Assembly (NCBI RefSeq): GCF_963676685.1
Contig: NC_092351.1
Coordinates: forward strand, 40,858,001 to 40,922,000
Direction: 5' to 3'
Source of the DNA: Mytilus edulis
Lineage: Eukaryota
DNA length: 64,000 bases
This document shows, one piece after another, positions 13,953 through 26,400 of the stretch (position 1 is its first letter; each line of letters starts with the position of its first letter). Made by a program: the position numbers and the translations under genes. The notes below the pieces were generated by a model. It worked only from the letters and a program-made list of their open reading frames with translations. It was not told the origin of the DNA and made no database searches.

Positions 13953-15085
13953 CTACAGGTCCATTGTATTTAAGTCATGTTCACCATATAGTTCCCTGAA
14001 GGCAATGATCTAGTTAATATCAGTGGTCAAAAAACAGCTGTGGTAGTTCAGAAATTCTCCTCAATGGATAACATCAGAGAAATCAATGGAGGGTTGCATG
14101 TCAAGATGGGAAAGACCTGGCAATTCAAGTCTAACTTTGTGTTTGAGGTTCTCCATCAAGTTTCAAATAAACGGGAGGCTGTGTATATAGTGAAATTGAC
14201 AAGGAGCGATGGAGTTAGTGGGTAAGGACTTTTTTATGTCTTCTTTTTGAACTCCTTTCATCATGTTCATGTATGTCAGCTTTTTCTGTCAATTTGAGAG
14301 ATTCAAAAGAGGTCTTTCCATTAACTCTGTAAAAAATGTATGATGGAAAAAATATATATAACATACTGTCATGATTGTAGGAAAAGAAAAAAACATATTC
14401 ATACTTGTTTCCTATATGTATCTCCTGGCAGAAAACTTTAGGTCAAGATCTCTGTCTGATTTAATGAACAATAATTTTATTCTTTTGTATATATTTATTG
14501 TGTTAGGGTAGGCATAGACATGACAGATGAAATTGATATTACATCTATCATGTCTATGCCTATACCCTATGAGGAAGGCATCATCAGAAATTAAGGATAG
14601 GCAAGGAAGCAGTAAATTAACAGTATTTTAAGCAAAAACAGTAAAAATAAGGAATTGCCCCGTTGTCCAGAAATTTTTCAGTATTTACGCAAAAAGAGTT
14701 AAATAAGGAGGAGGTTGTCCAGAAATATTCACTTAATTTTATTCACATTTTTGAGGGTTGATGTATACATTTTTTTCTCTCAACTAAATGTGTATTTTTA
14801 AAATATATGAGGTATTGGATATTTTTTAAGCATTCTTTAACCAGTTCAGCATTTTGCAGGATTGTTGATTTGAGGCTGTTTAAACTTTCCTAAAATAAAC
14901 ATGCACTGCGCAGTAAATGCTAATTATTTGCATGAAAGTTAGAATTAGTGAACATGGTGAAAGGGACTGGTAGTTTTCCGTTTTATTGCTTCTAATTGTC
15001 TCATTGTTAAACAACAGCTTGGGTAATTTAAGGGCTTTGTTGTTTCTTATGAAGTTTTTGAAGAATAAAACATCAATAACTCTAC
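13953..15085 (-). pseudogene. Spliced, decayed protein-coding gene of unknown family (exons ~15085-14960, ~14889-14800, 14455-14405, 14326-13953)
   Basis: Four AG acceptors with pyrimidine tracts. The 14455-14405 exon (GT donor) joins the 14326 exon in phase: RDLDLKFSARRYI*ETKLMERPLLNLSN*QKKLTYMNMMKGVQKEDIKKSLP...AFRELYGEHDLNTMDL*, with scattered TGA/TAG stops. Donors of the first two exons are uncertain. Confidence 0.45.
14504..14569. other. Near-perfect hairpin/palindrome (~25-bp stem)
   Basis: tagggtaggcatagacatgacagatg ... catctatcatgtctatgcctatacccta. Confidence 0.85.
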
Positions 15086-15668
15086 CTGTAAGACTGTTGA
15101 GATAAAAAAAATAACACATATTAACTATTAATTAATTAAATCTCAGAATAACTATGGACACCTTTTATGAAATTACGACAGTATACTAACACAGCACCAA
15201 TAAATTTTCCATCACACGAATGCGAAGCAAGACATCTCGGCACATTACAAACTCGGGACATGTCAACTCGGCATAGTGCAATCTCGGCACATTACAAACT
15301 CGGCATATTACAAACTCGGTACATTCATAACGGTCGTATAATAAAAATGTATCAGATGTATTATTGTGCCAATAAAGACTTATTTTCATTTAATTTGAAA
15401 TTTAGTACTTAGTAAAATATATGAACAATTTATAAATGGCTTAGCAAAAACGGTATATTTTATGGTTTTCATAATTATGTCCATAATGTCTGAAAAAGGT
15501 AGATTACAATCACTTCTATCTTCATTTGATAGTATGGAGCTTACTGTACCTTTCATTAAAAAAAGTTGCACTATTAAAGGAGAGGAGACAAAAAACCTGC
15601 ATGAATAATACTGTTATATACTACTTTATATAGTAATGTTTAATTTGTTATGATTTCTGCATATGAGA

Positions 15669-15839
15669 GAGGGGGGATAGGACCTTTATTGGGACTCCGG
15701 GATCGGGTGTTTTAAAACTCTGGATTTCGGGATTGATCCTTTCGGGATCCAGAAATTCTTTTTTTCGAATTTCGGAACCTCAGGATTTTATGTTTTTAAG
15801 CCCGGGATTTCGGGATCAGGACCCCTCCTATCCCCCCTC
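15669..15839. mobile_element. MITE with 6-bp TSD
   Basis: Perfect TIR gaggggggatagga / tcctatcccccctc, ATGAGA on both flanks, internal ttcgggat repeats. Confidence 0.8.
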
Positions 15840-16006
15840 ATGAGACAATATCTGAAAAAGTCTAATTTTTGAAAATAAAAAAAAAACAATTTTTTTTTTT
15901 TAGACCCAGTATTTTAATAGCACAAATCGAAGAACACACATATGGGATCTAGGAACTGTTGTCTGTAATTCAAACAATTGTTTAATAAGGAAACAATGGC
16001 TATTTT

Positions 16007-18322
16007 AACTAGAGGCTCTAAAGAGCCTGTGTCGCTCACCTTGGTCTATGTGAATATTAAACAAAGGACGCAGATTGATTCATGACAAAATTGTGTTTTG
16101 GTGATGGTGATGTGTTTGTACATCTTAATTTACTGAATATTCTAGTTGCTTACAATTATCTCTATCTATAATTAACTTGGCCCAGTAGTTTCAGAGGAGA
16201 AGATTTTTGTAAAACATTACTACGATTTACGAAAAATGGTTAAAAATTGACTATAAAGGGCAATAACTCCTAAATGGGTCAACTGACCATTTCAGTCATG
16301 TTGACTTATTCGTAAATCTTACTTTGCTGAACATTATTGCTGTTTACAGTTTATCTCTATCTATAATAATATTCAAGATAATAACCAAAAACAGCAAAAT
16401 TTCCTTATAATTACCAATTCAGGGGCAGCAACCCAACAATGGGTTGTCCAATTCAACTGAAAATTTCAGGGTAGATAGATCTTTACCTGATGAACAATTT
16501 AACACAGTGTCAGATTTGCTCTAAATGCTTTGGTTTTTGAGTTATAAGCCAAAAACTGCATTTTACCCCTATGTTCTATTTTAAGCTGTTGCGGCCATCT
16601 TGGTTGGGTGGGTGGGTCACGCCACACATTTTTTAAACTAGATACCCAAATGATAGTTGTGGCCAAGTTTGGTTTAATTTGGCCCAGTTGTTTCAGAGGA
16701 GAAGATTTTTGTAAAAGATTACTAAGATTTACGAAAAATGGTTAAAAATTGACTATAAAGGGCAATAACTCTTAAACAGGTCAACTGACCATTTCGGTCA
16801 TGTTGACTTATTTGTAAATCTTACTTTGCTGAACATTATTGCTGTTTACAGTTTATCTCTATCTATAATAATATTCAAGATAATAACCAAAAACAGCAAA
16901 ATTTCCTTAAAATTACCAATTCAGGGGCAGCAACCCAACAACGGGTTGTCCAATTCATCTGAAAATTTCAGGGCAGATAAATCTTGACCTGATGAACAAT
17001 TTTACTCATGTCAGATTTGCTCTAAATGCTTTGGTTTTTGAGTTATAAGCCAAAAACTGCATTTTACCCCTATGTTCTATTTTAAGCTGTTGTGTTCATC
17101 TTGGTTGGGCGGGTGGGTCACGCCACACATTTTTTAAACTAGATACCCAAATGATAGTTGTGGCCAAGTTTGGTTTAATTTGGCCCAGTTGTTTCAGAGG
17201 AGAAGATTTTTGTAAAAGATTACTAAGATTTACGAAAAATGGTTAAAAATTGACTATAAAGGGCAATAACTCCTAAAGGGGTCAACTGACCATTTCGGTC
17301 ATGTAGACTTATTTGTTAATCTTACTTTGCTTAACATTATTGCTGTTTACAGTTTATCTCTATCTATAATAATGTTCAAGATAATAACCAAGAACAGCAA
17401 AATTTCCTTAAAATTACCAGTTCAGGGGCAGCAACCCAACATCAGGTTGTCCGATTCATCTGAAAATTTCAGGGCAGATAGATCTTGACCCTATAAACAA
17501 TTTTACCTTAGTCAGATTTGCTCTAAATGCTTTAGTTTTTGAGTTATAAGCCAAAAACTGCATTTTACCCCTATGTTCTATTTTTAGCCGTGGTGGCCAT
17601 CTTGGTTAGTTGGCCGGGTCACCGGACACATTTTTTAAACAAGATACCCCAATGATGATTGTGGCCAAGTTTGGTTTAATTTGGCCCAGTAGTTTCAGAG
17701 GAGAAGATTTTTCTAAAAGATAACTAAGATTTACGAAAAATGGTTAAAAATTGACTATAAAGGGCAATAACTCCTAAAGGGGTCAACTGACCATTTGGGT
17801 CAGGTTGACTTATTTGTAAATCTTACTTTGCTGAACATTATTGCTGTTTACAGTTTATCTCTATCTATAATAATATTCAAGATAATAACCAAAAACAGTA
17901 AAATTTCCTTAAAATTACCAATTCAGGGGCAGCAACCCAACAACGGGTTGTCCGATTCATCTGAAAATTTCAGGGCAGATAGATCTTGACCTGATGAACA
18001 ATTTTACCCCATGTCAGATTTGCTCTAAATGCTTTGGTTTTTGAGTTATAAGCCAAAAACTGCATTTTACCCCTATGTTCTATTTTTAGCCATGGCGGCC
18101 ATCTTGGTTGGTTGACCGGGTCACCAGACACATTTTTTAAACTAGATACCCCAATGATGATTGTGGCCAAGTTTGGTTAAATTTGGCCCAGTAGTTTCAG
18201 AGGAGAAGATTTTTGTAAAAGTTAACGACGCCAGACGACGGACGACAGACGACGGACGACGGACGCCGGACGCCAAGTGCTGAGAAAAGCTCACTTGGCC
18301 CTTTGGGCCAGGTGAGCTAAAA
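16007..18322 (-). mobile_element. Helentron/HINE-type non-autonomous element with ~4 x 501-bp internal tandem repeats
   Basis: One end has aactagaggctctaaagagcct with subTIR gctcacc. cagaggagaagattttt recurs at 16192, 16694, 17195, 17696 and 18198. The other end has a (gacg)-rich microsatellite and the palindrome tcacttggccctttgggccaggtgagc, in an A/T run. Confidence 0.85.
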
Positions 18323-20139
18323 ATGGTACAAAAAAATCCAGTTCTTTCCAAAGTGAATCAATTTTAAAAAGTTTCTAATGGGAATAAGGAATAAGTTTAA
18401 GACAATATTTGTGGTTTACTAGTATATCCTGCAATAGTTTTTCAAATGCCAATTATTGATTTTAGCATTTGCAATACAAAAGGTTTAGAAATATACTTAA
18501 ATATAGTCAGATATGTCGGTAACATGAAAGAATCTTGAGTAACAGCACAACGGTAACAGGACAGAGTTGGTAACAGAAAGGATTTTTCTGCTTTATTTTA
18601 AAGTTTAAGAAAAATACATAATTTTAAATTGGTCACAATAGGAAGATAACAGCAAACAATGTCATTTATCCTTTGAAACTGTATTTGCAAGATGAAAAAT
18701 CTGCCTAGGTAATGAAAAATTCTAAAATAAATTCCTTTCTGTTTCTTAATATACAATGTACTGTATATTATTTTGAAATTTATTTAATATGGTGGTGATA
18801 ACTTATATTAAATGAAATGGTTGGCATATAGTAGATTAACTTTTCGATTCTTCAGTGAAATTGTCTTGAACATCCTTCCTGTTACTGATGATGGTTATGC
18901 TGTTACTTTTTATCAGGTAACATGACAGAACGTAACAGAAAGGAATTACGCGATAGTTTTTGTCCTTTTTATCACATTAAATGTAAGTGTATTTCCTGTG
19001 ACATATAACTTTTAAAAAGATGATATAAAAACACACTTAATGCTGTGGTGCACACTTAAAAATATTCTCAGAAAGTGTAAGAAAAGGCTGTAACAGGATA
19101 GAACACCAATAAGTATTTTTCTATAAATTCTTACCTTGGATGGGCTTGAATTTTCAAACCTGGCCGCCTTTCCAACTATTTCTTTGTACTAATGCATTCA
19201 GTAAATGATGCTCTTCCCAATACATAATGGGAAAATAACTCTTGGTCTTGTAAACGTTTCCACAGGTAAAAAACCCAGTGGTAACAGAAGGGAAATCACC
19301 CCTGGGGACAATTTTTTTTCTCTTGAAATTTGCAAAATTTTATTACATGCTATAGTTATAATATAAAAAGACAAATTAGGGGCAAGTTTATTACATAATA
19401 TATCATATATCATGTATATGTGAGAATCGGACACCTGTTTAATTAATTTGTATTTTATTTGAATGATTTAGTTTTCAAAAAAACACAGGGGACAACATGA
19501 TTTTAGGGGGGGTTGAACATTTAAACTACATTATTTTATTGGAAGAAATATAAGAATGAGTGTTTAATTGGCAGGCCATGGTGCATTATATAATTTAGTT
19601 TATACTGAAACTTAAAATTTTCAAAAAAGATGGTTGAATAATAAAATAGTTGCTGGTGAAGTGCGGGACATGGATATTAGACTTTTTCAGATATTGTCTC
19701 ATATATATTGTTTGTGTATAGTTTATATATGCCTCCAACCCCTATGGGTATAAATGTGTATAATGAATAAATAAATATTTGTGTTTGTTTTTAATATTTT
19801 TACGGTGAAATTTAAAATAAAATTTGTTATTTTTTTCATCGTAATTATTATATAAAATTTCTTTTTAAGAACCATTTCCATAAATATATTCATTGGTGTG
19901 CCGAGTATGTATACGTAATGTGCCGAGTTTGTATAGGCCGAGTTTGTACTATGCCGAGTTAAACATGTCCCGAGTTTGTAGTGTGCCGAGATGTCATGTA
20001 TTCCACGAATGTATCAAAGCCACAAAATTAACTTAAAGATTCTAGCTGCTTGATGCTTTTTAACTTGTAATGCATGATAAAATAAAATCCACCCAAAATA
20101 GAACATTTTTAGAATTATTTATATATATCAAATATTATT

Positions 20140-20259
20140 GGATGCTGATTTGACTTTAAATACAGGTGCCGATTTGAATAGATGCCGATTTAACCAGGAG
20201 ACAATTTGACTTTTTCTATGGGTGCCGATTTGACCAGGTGTGGATTTGACTTGTACCCA
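20140..20259. repeat. Orphan transposon end (repeated ggtgccgatttga motif)
   Basis: Five or six degenerate gccgatttga units ending in cttgtaccc; no partner end found. Confidence 0.5.
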
Positions 20260-20463
20260 GCTAAGATGATCGAATGTTAAGAAAGAAAATCAGACAAAAA
20301 GAAAATCACAACTCAATTTTGATATGCTTTTTTTCTTTTAATTTAAACAAAATACTAAGTAAAAAATTATTTTTGTAATTTTCATGACATGATGTTATTT
20401 CATAAGATAGTAAAAGCATAGAATGTGCACTCATTATAAGAAAAAGATTTTTTTCCTCTTCAG

Positions 20464-23400
20464 ACGAAAGGTGTTTCCATCAAAGCATTTTACCCACAGC
20501 CACAGGTGCAATTGGGTATATGATACAGATATTTTTATTTTTTGTTGATTCAAATGTTCAATCTTACTCATATAAATTTACAATAGAATGCATTATAAAC
20601 AAGGCTGAGGATCAGATTTAGGGGAGGACAGGGAACCTTCCACCCTATGAAGCTGCAAATAAGAAGGATGCATGGAATTTTTACAAGTATCATTCCAAAT
20701 GTTGATTTTCCAAGGTCATCCCCCTTCCCTCCTTATTTTCAAAATCTTGAGTCTGCACTAATAATGATATATATATACTCATGAGTAAATGTAATGAGCT
20801 TCATTCTTAAATTTCCTTTCAGAAAGGCTTCCTTCAAAACAAGTGACTTGAACAATTCAAAAAAGTTTCATGTGGCAATTAACAGCTCATTTAAACATGG
20901 AGGCCTGATGTGCTTCTTATCAAGAAGACACCTGGTTCCTCTTATGGGAAAATTGGCTAGACAGGCTAGACCCCAGGAAGAGAATAATAGAAAGCAGTTA
21001 GTATTAACTCCTGGTCTGCAGGAGGATGGAGTCCATGTGGTTTTTAATCCAGATCAGATCATAGACATCATCACAGCAACCATGGTATGCAATTTGCTAT
21101 TTCAGAATCTATTTTTTTTCTGGGTAATATTTTTAAAAAGTGCACCAAACATTGTGATTGGTTACAATGGATATTTAACCAATGATGTAAGGTCATATTC
21201 ATTTTGATATTAACAATGAAAATACCCATACTTCTTTAAATTTGAAATCAAGAAACAATTAATCTTAGAGACATGTTAGATGCACATGTATATTTACTAA
21301 ATTAATTTATTATGGTTTAAAAAAAATTTAAACTCTCCGAGATTTGCTGTTTTATATGAATCATAATTAAATAAGTACACAACTTATTGATTTCTTTTCC
21401 TACCCAATAATTTTTTTTCTAATTCGTTTAAAATAATCATTTTCATTCTGTAAAAAATATTAAATAATTCCCTTCTCCTGAAAAAAACCTGTGAAACCTG
21501 AACTATTATCGTTACAATCTTTTCCTCTGTATCAGAAAAGCTTGTGAACTCAACTGTTAACTGTTTGTGTTGTCGCTGTAAATTTAACATTTTAAGCAAA
21601 TAACAGTTGCATTATTTTGAATTTGATATATTGCAATTTCATTTAGGTTAATCCAGATAGATGTGTCTATGTTTGGCCTGACCAGAATGGAGCAGACATA
21701 GAACTACAACATATAATCAATACTCCTCCAGATATACAAATGCTCAAACAATTTCTGACAAAATCATCAACCATCTTTGACAACAACTTTGGACCTGCCA
21801 TTTTAGCATGGAGCAGCATGTATGCAATGACACTGTACAAGAAGTTCTTGAAGGAAATTGGCCATTTCAACCTGCCAGTTCTCCATGGTTTACCAGGGGT
21901 GGGCAAAACTCTTATTGCACAGTGTGGGGCCTGGTTAGTTGGATGTACCAACCTGCACTTCATGGGAAGGTAAGGGAAATAGACTAAAAAGAGTAATACT
22001 ATTATTGTTATATCAACATTGTCATTGAAAATTATGACAAAAATTACAACTAACCAATACATTTCAGGAGCATTTAACAGGGTAAGGCTTGCTAAAATGA
22101 ATCCTGATATTAACAAATTTCATTTATAGCTCTTATTTGTACATCCCTAAAAAAATGTTAAGCGCTAGAATAAACAAGTATTCGATTATTTCAATAAGGA
22201 AATTGAGAATCCATGAATCTCAACCTGCACAAATTATACAGTTTAGCATCATGTTCACATGAAAACTGATAACAAATTTCAGTAAGCCCGTTTTTATTTA
22301 ATTAATAAGTTGATTTACGGACATCAGCCCAAAAATGTTAGGTCATTTTTTAGTAGCAATAAACAAAAAAACTATGTTAATTGGACATGCTTTGATACTA
22401 TATATGCCCTTGAATTTTTACTAGATAACATTTTTGTTCGCTTTGGGGATTCCGTATATCGTCAGATTATCGGAATTCCAATGGGGACTAACTGTGCACC
22501 ACTTATTGCGGACCTCTTTTTGTATTGTTACGAGTTACAATTTATGACAAAAATAAGCAAAGACCCATCAAAACAACATCTGATAAACAAATTTAATAAT
22601 ACTTTTAGATATTTGGATGATATTTTGGCTCTCAATAATGACGACTTCAGTATGTATATTAATGAAATTTATCCTGGTGAACTTACTTTAAATAAAGCTA
22701 ATACTAACAATGACCACTGCCCTTTCCTCGATCTTGATATCTATATCACTAACGGAAAGCTGAATACTAAAATTTATGATAAAAGGGATGATTTTTCATT
22801 TCCTATCGTTAATTATCCGTTTTTAGATGGTGACGTTCCATTGTCACCATCTTACGGTGTTTATATATCTCAACTTGTACGATTCGCTCGTGTATGTAAC
22901 AATGTTTTAGATTTTAACGAGAGAAATTTATGTATTACTGAAAAATTATTACACCAGGGTTTTCGATATCACAAACTAGTCAAAACATTTACTAAATTTT
23001 ATCATCGGTATAAAGACATCATTCGTAAATATAGCTCAACATGCAGACTTTTTATACGTTCAGGTATTTCACATCCAATTTTTTATGGAAATATTCTTTA
23101 TAAAGCACAAAGGTGTCAGTATTCACCTCATAAACTTACAAAACCTTTGAATAGACTTATTAAGAAGGGATATAATTACGATACTGTTGTCAAGTCATTA
23201 AAGATTGCATATTTTGGCGTTAATATTGAGTCACTGATAAGGTCTTTGCGTCGGAACTAAACACATTTATTCTAAAAACAGTTGTTGGCATGACACGGGT
23301 TATGTTCTTCTCATATATGTTATGATGGTATGATACTAAACCCCTTACGGGAAGGATTGTGCCTGATGTTCATATGATGAAATCATAATCTTTCAGTCAG

Positions 23401-26400
23401 TTTAATTGAAGTCTGGAGCTGGCATGTCAGTTAACTGCTAGTAGTCTGTTGTTATTTATGTATTATTGTCATTTTGTTTATTTTCTTTGGTTACATCTTC
23501 TGACATCAGACTCGGACTTCTCTTGAACTGAATTTTAATGTGCGTATTGTTATGCTTTTACTTTTCTACACTGGTGTTAGAGGTATAGGGGGAGGGTTGA
23601 GATCTCACAAACATGTTTAACCCCGCCGCATTTTTTGCACCTGTCCCAAGTCAGGAGCCTCTGGCCTTTGTTAGTCTTGTATTATTTAAATTTTAGTTTC
23701 TGTGTACAATTTGGAAATTAGTATGGCGTTCATTATCACTGAACTAGTATATATTTGTTTAGGGGCCAGCTGAAGGACGCCTCCGGGTGCGGGAATTTCT
23801 CGCTACATTGAAGACCTGTTGGTGACCTTCTGCTGTTGTGTTTTTTTATTTTGGTCGGGTTGTTGTCTCTTTGACACATTCCCCATTTCCATTCTCAATT
23901 TTAAGGTAGGAGGAGGGTAAAGAAATTAATTTAAACTTGATCTTTCAAGTTTTTCTTTTTTTTACTTAATTTGGTTTATGGATATCAGCCACAGAAAATA
24001 GGGTACAAGGTTAAAAAATAATAATTTTAACTTGAAAAGACTTTAATATTTGAAGTTCTGTAAAACTTAAAAAGCCTTTTAGCTCTAATTACTATAGATC
24101 TCTAGAAATTCAACATAATTTCATGAGACAGACTGATCAACATAACAGACAAACAGAGATAATATAGTATACCCTACCTCCTTCAGAGCTTTGGTATAAC
24201 AAATGAAGATTGTCAGCTTCTCTATATAATTAGGGGAGGGGAATTGGGGTGGTCAGGGGGTGTTAAAGCAAGCAACAATTAATCCCTTATTTTATCAATC
24301 TTGTGTATAATACAAGAGTGCACACGCTGAAATGTCTCGCCTTCTATACTAATCAATGATATTATGTTGATAGTCCTAAGTATAAAGCTAAGCTTTATTA
24401 CAACTATCACATAAACTTAACATTAACCAAGATAACTAAACAAAGACCAATGAACCTTGAAAAAGAGGTCCATGTCAGATGAACCATGCCAGGCAGACAG
24501 GTACAGCTAACAATGCTTCTATACAACATACATAGTTGACACATTACTTATAGTTTAAGAAAAATAGACCAAAACACAAAAACTTAACACTGTGCAATGA
24601 ACCGTGAAAATGAGGTCACGGTTAAACAAGAGGCTGTCACAACGACAGCAAACCGGATTTATTAACATTTATTTGTGTCCTGGCAATATCACAAGAACCA
24701 TTACTGATGAATGGTGAAAGTGAAAATCGTCAATATCAAATTTGATCTCCATTTTGTCATCAGTATCAACATATTAATATTTGAACAGCTTAGATTGAAT
24801 GGTTCATGAGTAAATGCAACAACGTGAATGGGAACGCCATTTTACGATCTTTCAAGAACCATAACTTCTGAACGGTAAAAGTCAAAATCGTCATTAATAA
24901 ACTTGACCTCTATTTTGTCATCAGTAACAACATATTAAAATTTCAAAAGCTTTGGTTGAATGGTTCATGAGAAAATGCACGGACACGACGGGAAACACCA
25001 TTTTTCAATCTTTCAAGAACCATAACTCCTGAACGGTAAAAGTCAAAATCGTCATTATTGAACTTGACCTCCATTTTGTCATCAGTAACAGCATATTAAA
25101 ATTTCGGAAGCTTAGGTAGAACAGTTCATGCATAAATGCACGGACACGACTGGAAACTCCATTTTTCAATCTTTCAAGAACCATAACTCCAGAACGGTAA
25201 AAGTCAAAATCGTCATTATTGAACTTGACCTCCATTCTGTCATCAGTAACAACATATTAAAATTTGGGAAGCTGTGGTAGAACAGTTCATGCGTAAATGC
25301 ACGGACACAACTGGAAACTCCATTTTTCAATCTTTCAAGAACCATAACTCCTGAACGGTAAAAGTCAAAATCGCCATTATTGAACTTGACCTTCGTATAG
25401 TTGTCAGTAATAACATATTAAAATTTTAAAAGATTTGGTTGAACGGTTCATGAGTTAATGCACGGACAACATTTGATTGCCGCCCGCCCGCCGTACATCC
25501 CCAAATCAATAACCGACATTTTTGTCACAAAAATCCGGTTAATAAAACCTGCTCGACTGACATAAAGATCATAAAATTTTTCCATACACCAAATATAGTT
25601 GACCTATGGCATATAGCATTAGATAAAAAGACCAAAACTCAAAAACTTAACTTTGACCACTGAACCATGAAAATGAGGTCAAGGTCACATGACATCTGCC
25701 CGCTAGACATGTACACTTAACAATCATTCCATACAACAAATATAGTAGACCTATTGCATATGGTATGAGAAAAACAGACCAAAACACAAAAATTTAACTA
25801 CAACCACTGAACCATGAAAATGAGGTCAAGGTCAGATGACACCTGCCAGTTGGACATGTACACCTTCCATACACCGAATATACTAGCCCTATTGCTTATA
25901 GTATCTGAGATATGGACTTGACCACCAAAACTTAACCTTGTTCACTGATCCATGAAATGAGGTCGAGGTCAAGTGAAAACTGTCTGACAGACACAAGGAC
26001 CTTGCAAGGTACGCACATATCAAATATAGTTATCCTATTACTTATAATAAGAGAAAATTCAACATTACAAAAAATTTGAACTTTTTTTTGAAGTGGTCAC
26101 TGAACCATGAAAATGAGGTCAAGGACATTGGACATGTGACTGACGGAAACTTCGTAACATGAAGCATCTATATACAAAGTATGAAGCATCCAGGTCTTCC
26201 ACCTTCTAAAATATAAAGCTTTTAAGAAGTGAGCTAACACCGCCGCCGCCGCCGTAGCCGCCGCCGGATCACTATCCCTATGTCGAGCTTTCTGCAACAA
26301 AAGTTGCAGGCTCGACAATATTAAAGTATAAATGAAACATGGTACACTTTGTAATTCACAGGTGCCCCTATGCCTTTTTGACAGACTACATGGCAGGCAG

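Larger units (their letters stand above)
15223..20003. mobile_element. Non-autonomous TIR transposon (~4.8 kb including nested inserts), 8-bp TSD
   Basis: ~100-bp repetitive TIRs (gacatctcggcac.ttacaaactcgggacatg / catgtcccgagtttgtagtgtgccgagatgtc). CACGAATG is duplicated at 15215-15222 and 20004-20011. Confidence 0.8.

Noticed and set aside
21850-21969. Walker A as part of an NLR (NACHT/NB-ARC) linked to the nearby DD/CARD genes
   Set aside because: Opposite strand, with its own stop at 30728. The A-B-C motif spacing is compact and SF3-like, and no repeats or STAND motifs are seen.
21667-22116. 149-aa minus-strand ORF
   Set aside because: Antisense shadow of the Walker A exon plus intron.
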